Shown one piece after another: positions 9,724-18,554 of a stretch of 64,000 nucleotides of DNA. The DNA is from Rhodospirillales bacterium. Its GTDB lineage: Bacteria; Pseudomonadota; Alphaproteobacteria; Rhodospirillales; UBA2165. The stretch's first letter is position 1, and each line of letters opens with the position of its first letter. A program made the position numbers and the translations under genes. Under the pieces are notes generated by a model that made no database searches, had not been told where the DNA came from, and was given only the letters and a program-made list of their open reading frames with translations. The stretch covers positions 61,955-125,954 of the forward strand of contig JAJDXO010000022.1 in the NCBI GenBank assembly GCA_022823235.1, in the 5' to 3' direction.

Positions 9724-11256
9724 ATGAACAACTCGGACCGCCCGAACCTGTTGCTCATCACCTCGGACCAGCAACGGGGGGACTGTTACGGGTTTGCCGG
9801 CCGCCGGGTGTCGACCCCGCATTTGGACGCATTCCGCCGCCAAAGCACATGGCTGAAAAACGCCATTACCCCCAATGTGGTCTGCCAGCCCGCCAGGGCT
9901 TCCATCCTGACGGGTCAACTTCCCAGGACACATGGGGTTCACGACAACGGCATCGACCTCGACGCGGCCACCGGCGAAAAAGGCTTTGCCGGGAGCCTGG
10001 GCCGCGCTGGATACGACACGGCATTTTTCGGCAAGGCGCACTTCGCCAGCTTTTTGACCTTCGAGCCGACCGGCACGCCTGAATGTCTGGAATCTTCCGC
10101 CAACTATGGGGAAGACTGGTATGGGCCGTATATGGGCTTTGAACATGTGGAACTGGTGCTCGTCGGCCACAATCTATTTCCGCCGGAGACGCCGCCGAAG
10201 GGACAACACTATGAGCGCTGGTTCCACGCGGACGGCAAGGGGGCGGAAAAAATCCGTCTGTATGCGGAAAATGCGCGCGACACCAAGGGCGCGGCGCAAA
10301 CGCTTCATTCCCGGCTGCCGACGGCCTGGCACAATTCCAATTGGGTCGCGGACCGGTCCATCGGCTGGCTGGAACAAAGGCGGGACAAGCCGTTCGCCGC
10401 CTGGATCAGTTTCCCGGATCCGCACCACCCCTTCGACTGTCCGGAACCCTGGTCCTACCTGCACCGGCCGGAGGACGTGGACCTGCCGGAGCACCGCACC
10501 CGGGACTTCGAACGCCGGCCATGGTGGCATCGGGCGGTCCTGGAGGGCAAACCGACCGGCAGCGAAACCCATGCGGCCATCCGGACCGGGTACAGCCGCA
10601 TTCAGCCTCAGACCGATGACCAGTTGCGGGAAATTATCGCCAATACCTACGGCATGCTGTCGCTCATCGACCACAATGTGGGCCGCATCCTGAACAGGCT
10701 CGACGAACTGGGGATCGCGGAAAACACCGTCGTCATCTATACGTCCGACCACGGAGACTGGCTGGGCGACCACGGCCTCATCCTGAAGGGTCCGATGCAC
10801 TATGAGGGGCTGCTGCGGGTCGGCATGATCGCCCGAGGACCGGGCATCCGGAAAAACGCCACCGTGGAAGCCCCGGCGTCGACCCTGGATATCGCTTCGA
10901 CATTCGCCGACTATGCGGGCGCGGGACTTCGGCTGAGCCAACACGGAACTTCCATGCGCGGATTGCTGGAGGGGACGGACGGCAGCCGCGATTTCGCCTA
11001 CAATGAATGGGATCTCCATTCCAACCGGACAGGCGTAAATCTGGACCTCCGAACGGTCAGGACCGAGGGTGAGAAACTCACGGTGGACCTGCATTCCGGC
11101 GCCGGCGAAATGTACGACCTCGGGAACGATCCGGATGAAATGGAAAACCTGTACGACGACCCGGCGCACAAAGGCATGAGAGAAACGCTCACCGACATGA
11201 TCGACAGCCGGCCCGACGACGCGCTGGGACGGCGGGAACCGGTCGGAATGGCGTAG
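9724..11256 (+). CDS. formylglycine-type sulfatase (arylsulfatase family), with no obvious signal peptide
   Basis: Start at MNNSDRPNLLLITSDQQRGD. The CxPxR active-site motif is present (VVCQPARASILTG), along with the downstream motifs GKAHF and YTSDHGD. Confidence 0.85.
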   Translation: MNNSDRPNLLLITSDQQRGDCYGFAGRRVSTPHLDAFRRQSTWLKNAITPNVVCQPARASILTGQLPRTHGVHDNGIDLDAATGEKGFAGSLGRAGYDTAFFGKAHFASFLTFEPTGTPECLESSANYGEDWYGPYMGFEHVELVLVGHNLFPPETPPKGQHYERWFHADGKGAEKIRLYAENARDTKGAAQTLHSRLPTAWHNSNWVADRSIGWLEQRRDKPFAAWISFPDPHHPFDCPEPWSYLHRPEDVDLPEHRTRDFERRPWWHRAVLEGKPTGSETHAAIRTGYSRIQPQTDDQLREIIANTYGMLSLIDHNVGRILNRLDELGIAENTVVIYTSDHGDWLGDHGLILKGPMHYEGLLRVGMIARGPGIRKNATVEAPASTLDIASTFADYAGAGLRLSQHGTSMRGLLEGTDGSRDFAYNEWDLHSNRTGVNLDLRTVRTEGEKLTVDLHSGAGEMYDLGNDPDEMENLYDDPAHKGMRETLTDMIDSRPDDALGRREPVGMA

Positions 11257-11384
11257 GGCGATTTTCATGCTCTCCGGTGCGGCGGCCGGCGGGACCGCTT
11301 GCGGGACGCCGGGCGGCGTGCTAGGTCCGGGGAAACGTCCGGAAAGCGCCGCCGACCGGCACGCCGCCTTAACCGAGGAGACCG

Positions 11385-12197
11385 ATGATGAAGACCAAGG
11401 CGTTGGTTTCGATCCTCGCGCCGCTGTGCGCTTTCATGGTCGTTTCGGCCGATGGCCGTACGGCGAACGGCGCCGAGCAGCGCCGGGCGGCCCTCGTCGA
11501 ATGGCAGTCCCGGGAGGGCGCCGAGCGGTTCTCCCGGTCGGTCCACAGGACGGACTTCTTCCCGCTCAGCAACCACTTCATCAGCCAGGACAACGCCATA
11601 TTCTGCGGCCCGGTCTCGTCGGCCATCGTGCTGAACGCGCTGCGGCTGGGCAAGCGGGAGGGACTGCCGCGGGACCGGAGCTCGATTGCCAAGGACGAGA
11701 TGGCCTGGCTCTGGAAGGGGGCCGACCCGTTCTACGGCAAGTACACGCCCAACAACGTGCTCAGCGAGCGGACCAAGACCCGGCTCGAGGTCCTGGGCAA
11801 GCCCATCCTCATCAAGGGCGAGGCGAAGCGTGATTACGGCCTGCAGCTGCGCCAGCTCGCACAGGTCCTGAGAAGCCACGGCCTCGAGGTCGTGACCCGG
11901 GTCGTGGACGATGGCGCGGACGCCGAAGCGATCCGGCGCGAGATCGCCCGGAACCTCGCCGCCGGGGACGACTACGTGCTGGTCAACTACGCGCGCAAGG
12001 CGCTGGGCCAGCGGGGCGGCGGTCACATCTCCCCGCTCGGGGCGTATGACGAAGGCAGCGATTCCTTCCTGATCATGGACGTGAACCCCAACCGGGCGCC
12101 CTGGGTATGGGTCGCCGCCGGCGACCTGATCGCGGCGATGCGCACCTTCGATACCGTCGAGAACCGCGGCTACCTTCTGGTCTCGGAAGGAAAGTAG
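11385..12197 (+). CDS. secreted phytochelatin-synthase-like papain-fold protein (PCS-like, gamma-glutamylcysteine transpeptidase/glutathione hydrolase family)
   Basis: It has a signal peptide (MMKTKALVSILAPLCAFMVVSADG). PCS-like triad contexts are present: FCGPVSSAIVLNAL (Cys), GGGHISPLGAYD (His) and FLIMDVNPNRAPWVWV (Asp). A GAGGAG RBS precedes the start. Confidence 0.7.
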   Translation: MMKTKALVSILAPLCAFMVVSADGRTANGAEQRRAALVEWQSREGAERFSRSVHRTDFFPLSNHFISQDNAIFCGPVSSAIVLNALRLGKREGLPRDRSSIAKDEMAWLWKGADPFYGKYTPNNVLSERTKTRLEVLGKPILIKGEAKRDYGLQLRQLAQVLRSHGLEVVTRVVDDGADAEAIRREIARNLAAGDDYVLVNYARKALGQRGGGHISPLGAYDEGSDSFLIMDVNPNRAPWVWVAAGDLIAAMRTFDTVENRGYLLVSEGK

Positions 12198-12373
12198 GCG
12201 AGAGCGGTATCCGGCGGCACGCCGCGGCCGAAGACCGTGGACCGCCCGGGCGGACAGCCTTTGTTGCAAGACAAAGGCGTTACCGCCGATGAACGTTCGG
12301 TTTAACTCCGTGGACAAGTTGGGCTACGCTGGCGGCAACAACAATCCAACATCACCAATCAGGAGGCTGTTCG

Positions 12374-13918
12374 ATGATGAAAACGCTCATTTCAAGTGCG
12401 GGTGTCTTGGCGCTGATGGCCGCCGCGGGAACGGCCGAGGCGGGCAAAAAGGACAACACGCTTACCGTCGCATTGCAGGAGGCGTTTGCGCACGTTAACC
12501 CGATTCTTGCACCGGGCGCGGAGATGCAAGTCATCCACCGCGAGATTTTCGACACCCTTATGACCTTCGACAGGGATTCGGGAAAATTGCTGCCGTCGCT
12601 GGCGGTGTCATGGAAGCGGGTAGATCCGAAGACGTGGGAATTCAAGCTCCGCAAGGGTGTTTTATGGTCCGACGGCGAGCCGTTCACGGCAAAGGACGTC
12701 GCCCATACGGTCAATTACGCCTCCGATCCCAAAGTGAAGCTCCGTATCAAACCGCGGTTTTCATGGGTAAAAAACGCGGAGGTGATCGACGATCACACCG
12801 TTCGGCTCATTACAAAGCGCCCCTACGCGCCGACGCTGCGCCGGCTCGCCGTGACGTGGCCGATGTTTCCCGAGCACGCACATGGACCCTACAAGAACAA
12901 GGCCGACTTTGGCCGCAAGCCGGTCGGAACGGGTCCCTATCGGGCGGTGCAAGTTGACAAGAACAAGGGGATCATCCTCGTCCGCAACGAGAGATACGGG
13001 CACGCGAACAAGGTTCGCCCGCAGCCGTCGATCGATCGCATCGTATTCAGGATTATCCCGGATCGGCAGACGCAGGTTGCCAGTCTTATCGTCGGCGAAA
13101 TCGACGTGACCCGCGTATTCAGCAAGGATCTCGCCGACCAGCTGGCAAAGAACCCCAAGCTGCGCGCAACGGCGGTGAACAGTTTCCGATACCATTACAT
13201 GTCGCTGGACGCGGCTGATCGCAGCGGGGTCAAGGCGCTCTCCGATATTCGCGTGCGGCGCGCCATTGCGCACGCCATCAATATTCCCCAGTTGCGCAAG
13301 GAGGTTTTGGCGGGCGGCGACAAGGTCTTGCCGATGAGTGCGCCCTGTCTGTCCGACCAGTTCGGCTGCGATGTATCAAGTAAGCCGCCGGCCTACGATC
13401 CCGCCAAGGCCAAAGCGCTGCTGAAGGAAGCCGGGTGGGAACAGGGCTTCGACATGAAAATCACTTCGTTGGGTGAATCGGTGTCGGCCAACGAAGCCAT
13501 CATCGGCTACCTGGGGCACGTTGGTATTCGCGCCACCTTGCAACGGGTGCCGATCAATGCGCTGCGCAAGCTTCGGGCAACGGGCAAAATCAATTCCATC
13601 GTCGGCATATACGGTTCGGGCGGCATCCCCGACGCCGATCCCGTCCTGAGCTTCTTCTGGGCCGGCAAGGGCAAGCCGCGTGATTACTATTACGACGACT
13701 CGATTACGAAATTGGGGCGGCAGAGCCGGTCGATTTTCGACGAGACCAAGCGGCTCGCCCTCACCCGGCAGGCCTTCGACCGCAACAACGAGCAGGTCTA
13801 TATCATTCCGTTCGGCTCAGCGCCGACGGTGTTGATCCACAGCAAAGACCTCAACGTGCCCCGGGATTTTTCCACCAACGCCTATGGACTGCCGCTTTCG
13901 ACGGTGAGTTGGAAGTAG
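12374..13918 (+). CDS. ABC transporter substrate-binding protein, family 5 (peptide/nickel/opine type), orphan
   Basis: Signal peptide, 514 aa, DppA/OppA-like sequence (GTGPYRAVQVDKNKGIILVRNERY), and an AGGAGG-like RBS. No adjacent permease or ATPase genes. Confidence 0.85.
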   Translation: MMKTLISSAGVLALMAAAGTAEAGKKDNTLTVALQEAFAHVNPILAPGAEMQVIHREIFDTLMTFDRDSGKLLPSLAVSWKRVDPKTWEFKLRKGVLWSDGEPFTAKDVAHTVNYASDPKVKLRIKPRFSWVKNAEVIDDHTVRLITKRPYAPTLRRLAVTWPMFPEHAHGPYKNKADFGRKPVGTGPYRAVQVDKNKGIILVRNERYGHANKVRPQPSIDRIVFRIIPDRQTQVASLIVGEIDVTRVFSKDLADQLAKNPKLRATAVNSFRYHYMSLDAADRSGVKALSDIRVRRAIAHAINIPQLRKEVLAGGDKVLPMSAPCLSDQFGCDVSSKPPAYDPAKAKALLKEAGWEQGFDMKITSLGESVSANEAIIGYLGHVGIRATLQRVPINALRKLRATGKINSIVGIYGSGGIPDADPVLSFFWAGKGKPRDYYYDDSITKLGRQSRSIFDETKRLALTRQAFDRNNEQVYIIPFGSAPTVLIHSKDLNVPRDFSTNAYGLPLSTVSWK

Positions 13919-14186
13919 TAGCCCCGGACGAGCAGCACGCCGAAAATATCCTCCGGCGGCGAAACCCGCGCGTTTCTTGAGGGCGGTGATGAAATCGCCC
14001 TCCGCGCGCGGCCGGCGGCCGCCGGGGAAATGTTGGAATTGGACGCCTGCCGCCGCGAGGCACCGACCCCATTCATGATGGTGCGGGTCGCGTTCAATAA
14101 TTTTCCCCGCTTAGAAGCGCAGTGACCTTAATCAGCGGGAATATCTCGTTCCTCGGAACCGCGTTGGCCGAGGCGCTGCTATCGTC

Positions 14187-14864
14187 TCATACAAGCATTT
14201 CTATGGTTTGGTCGGTCGTTCTCACGTCGCCGAAGGATTGGTAAAACGAGGTCAATCCGGCCAGGTGGTCATCGTCATACCGGGCTGCGTTTGCGTCCTC
14301 GACCATCACCACCTTGTAGTCCAGCATCATGGCGTCACGAGCCGTGGATTCGCTGCACATGTTGGTCGCCGTGCCCGCCACGATCAGGTTTTCGATACCC
14401 AGTCCCTGCAATATGTCGTGCAGATCCGAAGCGCCGACGATGAACGGCGAGAAGCGTCTCTTGGTGACGATACGGTCGTCGTCCCTGACCTCGAGGTCGG
14501 GATAAATTTCGTAGCCCTCGTTGCCGGGGCTGAGTTTGGTCAGGTGGTTCCGGCCCTTAGCTTCGGTGAAGAAATACTCGTGGTAGATTTGCCATTGGCT
14601 CGGCGCGCCTTCGTTTTCGGCACACCGCATGATCACCCAAATGACCGGCGCCCCCTTCTCCCTGCATGCCGCGGCAAGCCGATTGATATTGGGGACGATC
14701 GAGATCGCCGTGTCCACCTCGGCCACATAGAAATTCTGCATGTCGATGACGAGGAGTGCGGTCTTGGGCGCTTCAAACGTGTCGAATACTTCCAGCCTTC
14801 CCCGCTTGGCCATGATCCTTTCGATCACGTAGTCGGGGATTTTCACATCATGGGGCATGCCCAT
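14187..14864 (-). CDS. isochorismatase-family cysteine hydrolase
   Basis: TALLVIDMQNFY (Asp motif) and the catalytic Cys context LIVAGTATNMCSESTARDA are characteristic of the isochorismatase/nicotinamidase superfamily. Confidence 0.85.
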   Translation of the reverse strand: MGMPHDVKIPDYVIERIMAKRGRLEVFDTFEAPKTALLVIDMQNFYVAEVDTAISIVPNINRLAAACREKGAPVIWVIMRCAENEGAPSQWQIYHEYFFTEAKGRNHLTKLSPGNEGYEIYPDLEVRDDDRIVTKRRFSPFIVGASDLHDILQGLGIENLIVAGTATNMCSESTARDAMMLDYKVVMVEDANAARYDDDHLAGLTSFYQSFGDVRTTDQTIEMLV

Positions 14865-14888
14865 TTCCTCCCATTAGATTATTATCTT

Positions 14889-14908
14889 TGCCCACTTTAT
14901 CCCACTAG
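14889..14908 (-). promoter_or_regulatory. copy 1 of a shared 20-nt upstream motif (plus strand TGCCCACTTTATCCCACTAG)
   Basis: Identical to 19558-19577 and related to 16481-16501. It lies 25 nt upstream of the minus-strand start at 14864. Confidence 0.5.
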
Positions 14909-14917
14909 TGGAGCGTT

Positions 14918-16399
14918 TCAAAATGGTTTTTGGCCGCCGCCGGATGGGGAGAAATTCATTCGTGCCGGTTTACGAACACCGGATCGCCGCTTGCGGGTCA
15001 CGGTAAACGTCTCGTTCACGAACCACATCCCGCCGTGCCTGACGAGCACCTCGCGCACCACGTCCAGATAGCGGGAATCCCGGGACATGACCTGTTGCGC
15101 CAGCTCCTCCTTGACCTCGACGAAATAGAGCGCGTTGTTCCAGGCAGACGAGAGGGAGAGCAGTCCAAGTTCGTGTTCGTCCATCGACGGCAGTGTGTGC
15201 ATATCGAACCGGAACAGGGAACGGGCGTCGGTCAGGCCGCTGAATTTGAAGTCGCCTTGCCGGGCGCCCAGAGCCTTTCGGAAATCGCGCAGAATGTCGT
15301 AGCGGTTCACGAACGGAATCCGCTGCTTCGGCCAAACGCCGCGCACGATTTCATGGGCGGGATCGTCTCCATGCGACTGAATGACGGTCATCCGACCGCC
15401 CGGCGCCAATCGCTCGACCACGGGTCTCAATACGTAGTCGATCCTGAACTTCATGGTGTGGCTGTGGAGGTAGGGGTGATTGAGCAGGCAGTAATCGTAC
15501 GTTCGGATACCCTCTCCAGCTCTCGGAACGACGTCCTTCAGGTTGGCCCGCTGGTCCTTTCTGTAAATCGTCACCACGCTCGGCACGGCGTAGACCGGTT
15601 GCGCGTGTTCGCCCTGGTAAACGACCCATTCCTTCGAGAGGTCTTCGTAAAGCGCCGCCACCTGCTTCTGGAAGTCGTAGCTCCGGTCGCCATCGAGCGC
15701 CACGTCCCGCCAGATCAGGTCCTCGGGACAATCGCCGGACTTCTTCTCGAGATCGAGCGCTTCCCAAAGATACATATTGGTCATGACGAAAACGCTTAGC
15801 GGATGCTCCGCCATGCGATCCACGAGCCGCCCCATCGTGTTGCGGAGGTCCTCCAATCCACGGCCCTTCAGAACGACAAGCACCGGCGTGTCGGGCAATG
15901 TGGCATTCAAGGCGCGGAGCGTTCGGGTCAACGTGATCCCATTGTCCATGGGCGTGTAGAACAAACGGATGCCCGGCGGGCCCGGCTGCAAATTCTTGAG
16001 CTCCTCGGCCACGCGGTCAGCCAAAACCCACGACTCATTCGTCGTGCCGGCGAACACATGGAAGCGCTGGCGCTGCTCATGAAAGGCGAAACTGCCCGGC
16101 GTGCGGATCGAGGTTTCCTGGCTGATGAGCTCGGCCATGGTCTCCGCATTGGACTGGGCCTTCTTTCGGCGCGGCCGGCCGCGAAGTTCTATCTCGCCCC
16201 GGTCGGCCCGCTCGATGAACGCCGCGATTCGCTCGGCGGTCCGGGACTCGATGCGGCTGCCGCTTGATATACGGCCGACAAGCTTGCCGTCGTTGACCGC
16301 AAGCCGGCCGAACGTCGATTCCGCAATTTTGTGCTTCTTGCAAAATGCCCGAATTGCCGCGGCCAGCTTTTCCGGTTTATCGAGGAGGTGGAGAACCAT
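14918..16399 (-). CDS. hypothetical protein (493 aa): N-terminal HTH-like segment plus a possible class-I methyltransferase-like C-terminal half
   Basis: Long ORF with good GC3 bias. The N-terminus (KIAESTFGRLAVNDGKLVGRISSG) looks HTH-like. VLRPVVERLAPGGRMTVIQSHG resembles the post-motif-II region of SAM methyltransferases. The assignment is tentative. Confidence 0.55.
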   Translation of the reverse strand: MVLHLLDKPEKLAAAIRAFCKKHKIAESTFGRLAVNDGKLVGRISSGSRIESRTAERIAAFIERADRGEIELRGRPRRKKAQSNAETMAELISQETSIRTPGSFAFHEQRQRFHVFAGTTNESWVLADRVAEELKNLQPGPPGIRLFYTPMDNGITLTRTLRALNATLPDTPVLVVLKGRGLEDLRNTMGRLVDRMAEHPLSVFVMTNMYLWEALDLEKKSGDCPEDLIWRDVALDGDRSYDFQKQVAALYEDLSKEWVVYQGEHAQPVYAVPSVVTIYRKDQRANLKDVVPRAGEGIRTYDYCLLNHPYLHSHTMKFRIDYVLRPVVERLAPGGRMTVIQSHGDDPAHEIVRGVWPKQRIPFVNRYDILRDFRKALGARQGDFKFSGLTDARSLFRFDMHTLPSMDEHELGLLSLSSAWNNALYFVEVKEELAQQVMSRDSRYLDVVREVLVRHGGMWFVNETFTVTRKRRSGVRKPARMNFSPSGGGQKPF

Positions 16400-16480
16400 G
16401 CGCTCTCATGTGATGTCCGACGGGAATGCGGACGCATTCAATTCGTTTGGCGGGAAACTTGGAAAATTCGCTTGCAGTAT

Positions 16481-16501
16481 TGCCCATTATCTGCCCATTA
16501 G
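16481..16501 (-). promoter_or_regulatory. copy 2 (variant) of the shared motif: TGCCCATTATCTGCCCATTAG
   Basis: A direct repeat of GCCCAYT at a ~11-bp period. It lies in the divergent region between the 493-aa gene (start 16399) and the LigM-like gene (start 16560). Confidence 0.4.
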
Positions 16502-16559
16502 TAAACAGAAAAGGCTCACGGCTATATATGCTCACCGCTTCCGGAAGGGGAGAAGGTCA

Positions 16560-17924
16560 ATGGCGATCGAAACACTCGAAGACAAGATCAACTCGATAGG
16601 CAATCCGGTGGATATGCTGCGAAACGCCGCGGCCGGGCCCTACCAGTTCCCCATCACCCCGGAGTTCAGCAATTGGCGCGACGAGCAGGAGGCGTGGCGC
16701 AACGGCGCGGTCCTGTTCGACCAGTCGTTCCACATGACCGATCTGTATGTGGACGGTCCGGATACCAGGAAGTTGTGCGAGCACCTGGCGGTTAATTCGA
16801 TGGCCAACTGGCAGCGCGATCTCGCCAAGCAATTCGTCCACTGCACGCCGGATGGTTATGTGGTTGGCGACGCCATCATATTCATCCTCGAGGAAGACAA
16901 AGCCAATATCGTCAACAAGCCCAGCAATGCCAACTGGGTCATGTATCATGCCGAGAAAGAGGGGTATGACGTCTCCTTCGACCTCGACATGCGTGCGCTG
17001 GACAACAAGGAACGGCGCAAGGGATACAGGTTCGAAGTCCAGGGTCCCGAGGCCTGGTCGATCCTCGAAAAACTGAACGGCGGGCCGATCGAGCCGTTCA
17101 AATTCTTCCGGATGGGTGAGATCAACGTGGCCGGCCGGCGCGTACGGGCGCTGCGTCACGGCATGGCCGGCGCAGTCGGCTTGGAACTCTTCGGCCCGTT
17201 CGACGACTACGATCTTATCCGCGACGCCATCCTCGAGGCCGGCCGGGAATACGGCATCAGAGCCGCCGGCTCCAAGACCTATGCGACCGTCGCCCATGAA
17301 TCGGGGTGGTTCCCCTCGCCCCTTCCCGCGATCTATTCCGGCGGCGATCTTGCCGATTACCGGCGGTGGCTGCCCGCGACAAGCTTCGAGGCCAACCTGT
17401 CACTGGGCGGCTCGCTGGTCAGCGACAACGTGGAGGACTACTACCTCACGCCCTACGACCTGGGCTACGGCCATATTGTGAAGTTCGACCATGATTTCAT
17501 CGGGCGCGAAGCGTTGGAGGCAAAGAAGGATCGGCCGCACAAGCACAAGGTGACGCTTCGGTGGAACAAGGACGATGTGCTGAAGGTGTTTGCTTCCATG
17601 TTCAATGAGGGCGACCGGTACAAGTTCCTCGACATACCGGCATCCCACTACGCGACCTGCCCCTATGATCTCGTGACCAGGGACGGCAAGCCTGTGGGCC
17701 TCTCCCACTACCCGGTCTACACATCCAATGTCGCCGGCTGGATTTCCCTGGCCCTGCTGGACGAGGAAGCGGCCGCCCCCGGCACGAAAGTTTCATTGAC
17801 TTGGGGCGAGCCCGACGGCGGCACCGGGAAACCGGCGGTGGAGCGCCACGTTCAGACTGAAATCGCCTGCACCGTGGAGCCGTGTCCGATCTCGGTCACG
17901 GCGCGGGAAACGTACAGAAAGTAG
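16560..17924 (+). CDS. tetrahydrofolate-dependent aryl O-demethylase, LigM/DesA-like (aminomethyltransferase/GcvT fold)
   Basis: Start at MAIETLEDK with a GGGGAGAAGG RBS. As I recall LigM/DesA, the similarity runs the full length (PEFSNWRDEQEAWRNGAVLFDQSFHM, LRHGMAGAVGLELFGP, ESGWFPSPLPAIYSG, YGHIVKFDHDFIGREALE, SVTARETY). Confidence 0.8.
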   Translation: MAIETLEDKINSIGNPVDMLRNAAAGPYQFPITPEFSNWRDEQEAWRNGAVLFDQSFHMTDLYVDGPDTRKLCEHLAVNSMANWQRDLAKQFVHCTPDGYVVGDAIIFILEEDKANIVNKPSNANWVMYHAEKEGYDVSFDLDMRALDNKERRKGYRFEVQGPEAWSILEKLNGGPIEPFKFFRMGEINVAGRRVRALRHGMAGAVGLELFGPFDDYDLIRDAILEAGREYGIRAAGSKTYATVAHESGWFPSPLPAIYSGGDLADYRRWLPATSFEANLSLGGSLVSDNVEDYYLTPYDLGYGHIVKFDHDFIGREALEAKKDRPHKHKVTLRWNKDDVLKVFASMFNEGDRYKFLDIPASHYATCPYDLVTRDGKPVGLSHYPVYTSNVAGWISLALLDEEAAAPGTKVSLTWGEPDGGTGKPAVERHVQTEIACTVEPCPISVTARETYRK

Positions 17925-17972
17925 GGACCACCGACGCAATGTAATCCCAGCTGTCCATGGTCCGCGCAGGCG

Positions 17973-18542
17973 TCAGATAAAGTGCGGAACTTCCCTTTTG
18001 GTGGGCCCGACCGAATAACGCGGGTCCGGTCTTCGGCCGCCCCACCGGTCAGCCGTGACGTCCTCCAGAACGACCTGATGGTCAAGCGAACGGCCGAGTT
18101 TGCCATCCCATAGCGTCGCCCTGTTCCCCGGCACGGCGTTTTCGCAGACCACCAGGAAGCCGCGGGGAAGCACCTCTCCCGAACCGCCATTTTCCGAGAT
18201 CAACTCGGACGGCAAGCCTACTTCGCCGAGGGATTGTCCATTGAGCGCGATGGCATCGAGGTGGCCGGCCAGGTTTTTCAGGCGCCAGGCTTTTCGCGCC
18301 AGCACGATACTCCCGGAAGCCAACCGCACCGCCGGCGATATGAGCGCGCCGCCGCCCAATGCGGTGAGCGCATACCTCGAATTGGCCTCCTCGCCCTGCT
18401 CCACCTGATGGTAGAGCTCGGTTGTCAGAACCGTCAGGGGCGTCGGGGTGCTGCCGACAAATATGCGGTCGATCACGATATCCGGCGTGGTGATATTCCC
18501 TTCCGGTCCCTCGACGTGCGGCTTGTACAGAAAGAGCGACAT
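17973..18542 (-). CDS. hypothetical protein (189 aa)
   Basis: Starts 12 nt downstream of the stop of the BNR-repeat gene on the same strand. Composition is coding-like. I recognise no family. Confidence 0.5.
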   Translation of the reverse strand: MSLFLYKPHVEGPEGNITTPDIVIDRIFVGSTPTPLTVLTTELYHQVEQGEEANSRYALTALGGGALISPAVRLASGSIVLARKAWRLKNLAGHLDAIALNGQSLGEVGLPSELISENGGSGEVLPRGFLVVCENAVPGNRATLWDGKLGRSLDHQVVLEDVTADRWGGRRPDPRYSVGPTKREVPHFI

Positions 18543-18554
18543 GACGATGTCTCC

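Noticed and set aside
10174-12317. The minus-strand ORFs of 364 aa (10174-11268) and 350 aa (11265-12317)
   Set aside because: They lie opposite the sulfatase and PCS-like genes, whose own motifs (CxPxR and the Cys/His/Asp triad) are clear. These are shadow ORFs.
13919-14186. The spacer after the orphan ABC binding-protein gene, with small minus-strand ORFs (71-73 aa)
   Set aside because: There is no convincing coding signal, terminator hairpin or repeat. It is left unannotated.
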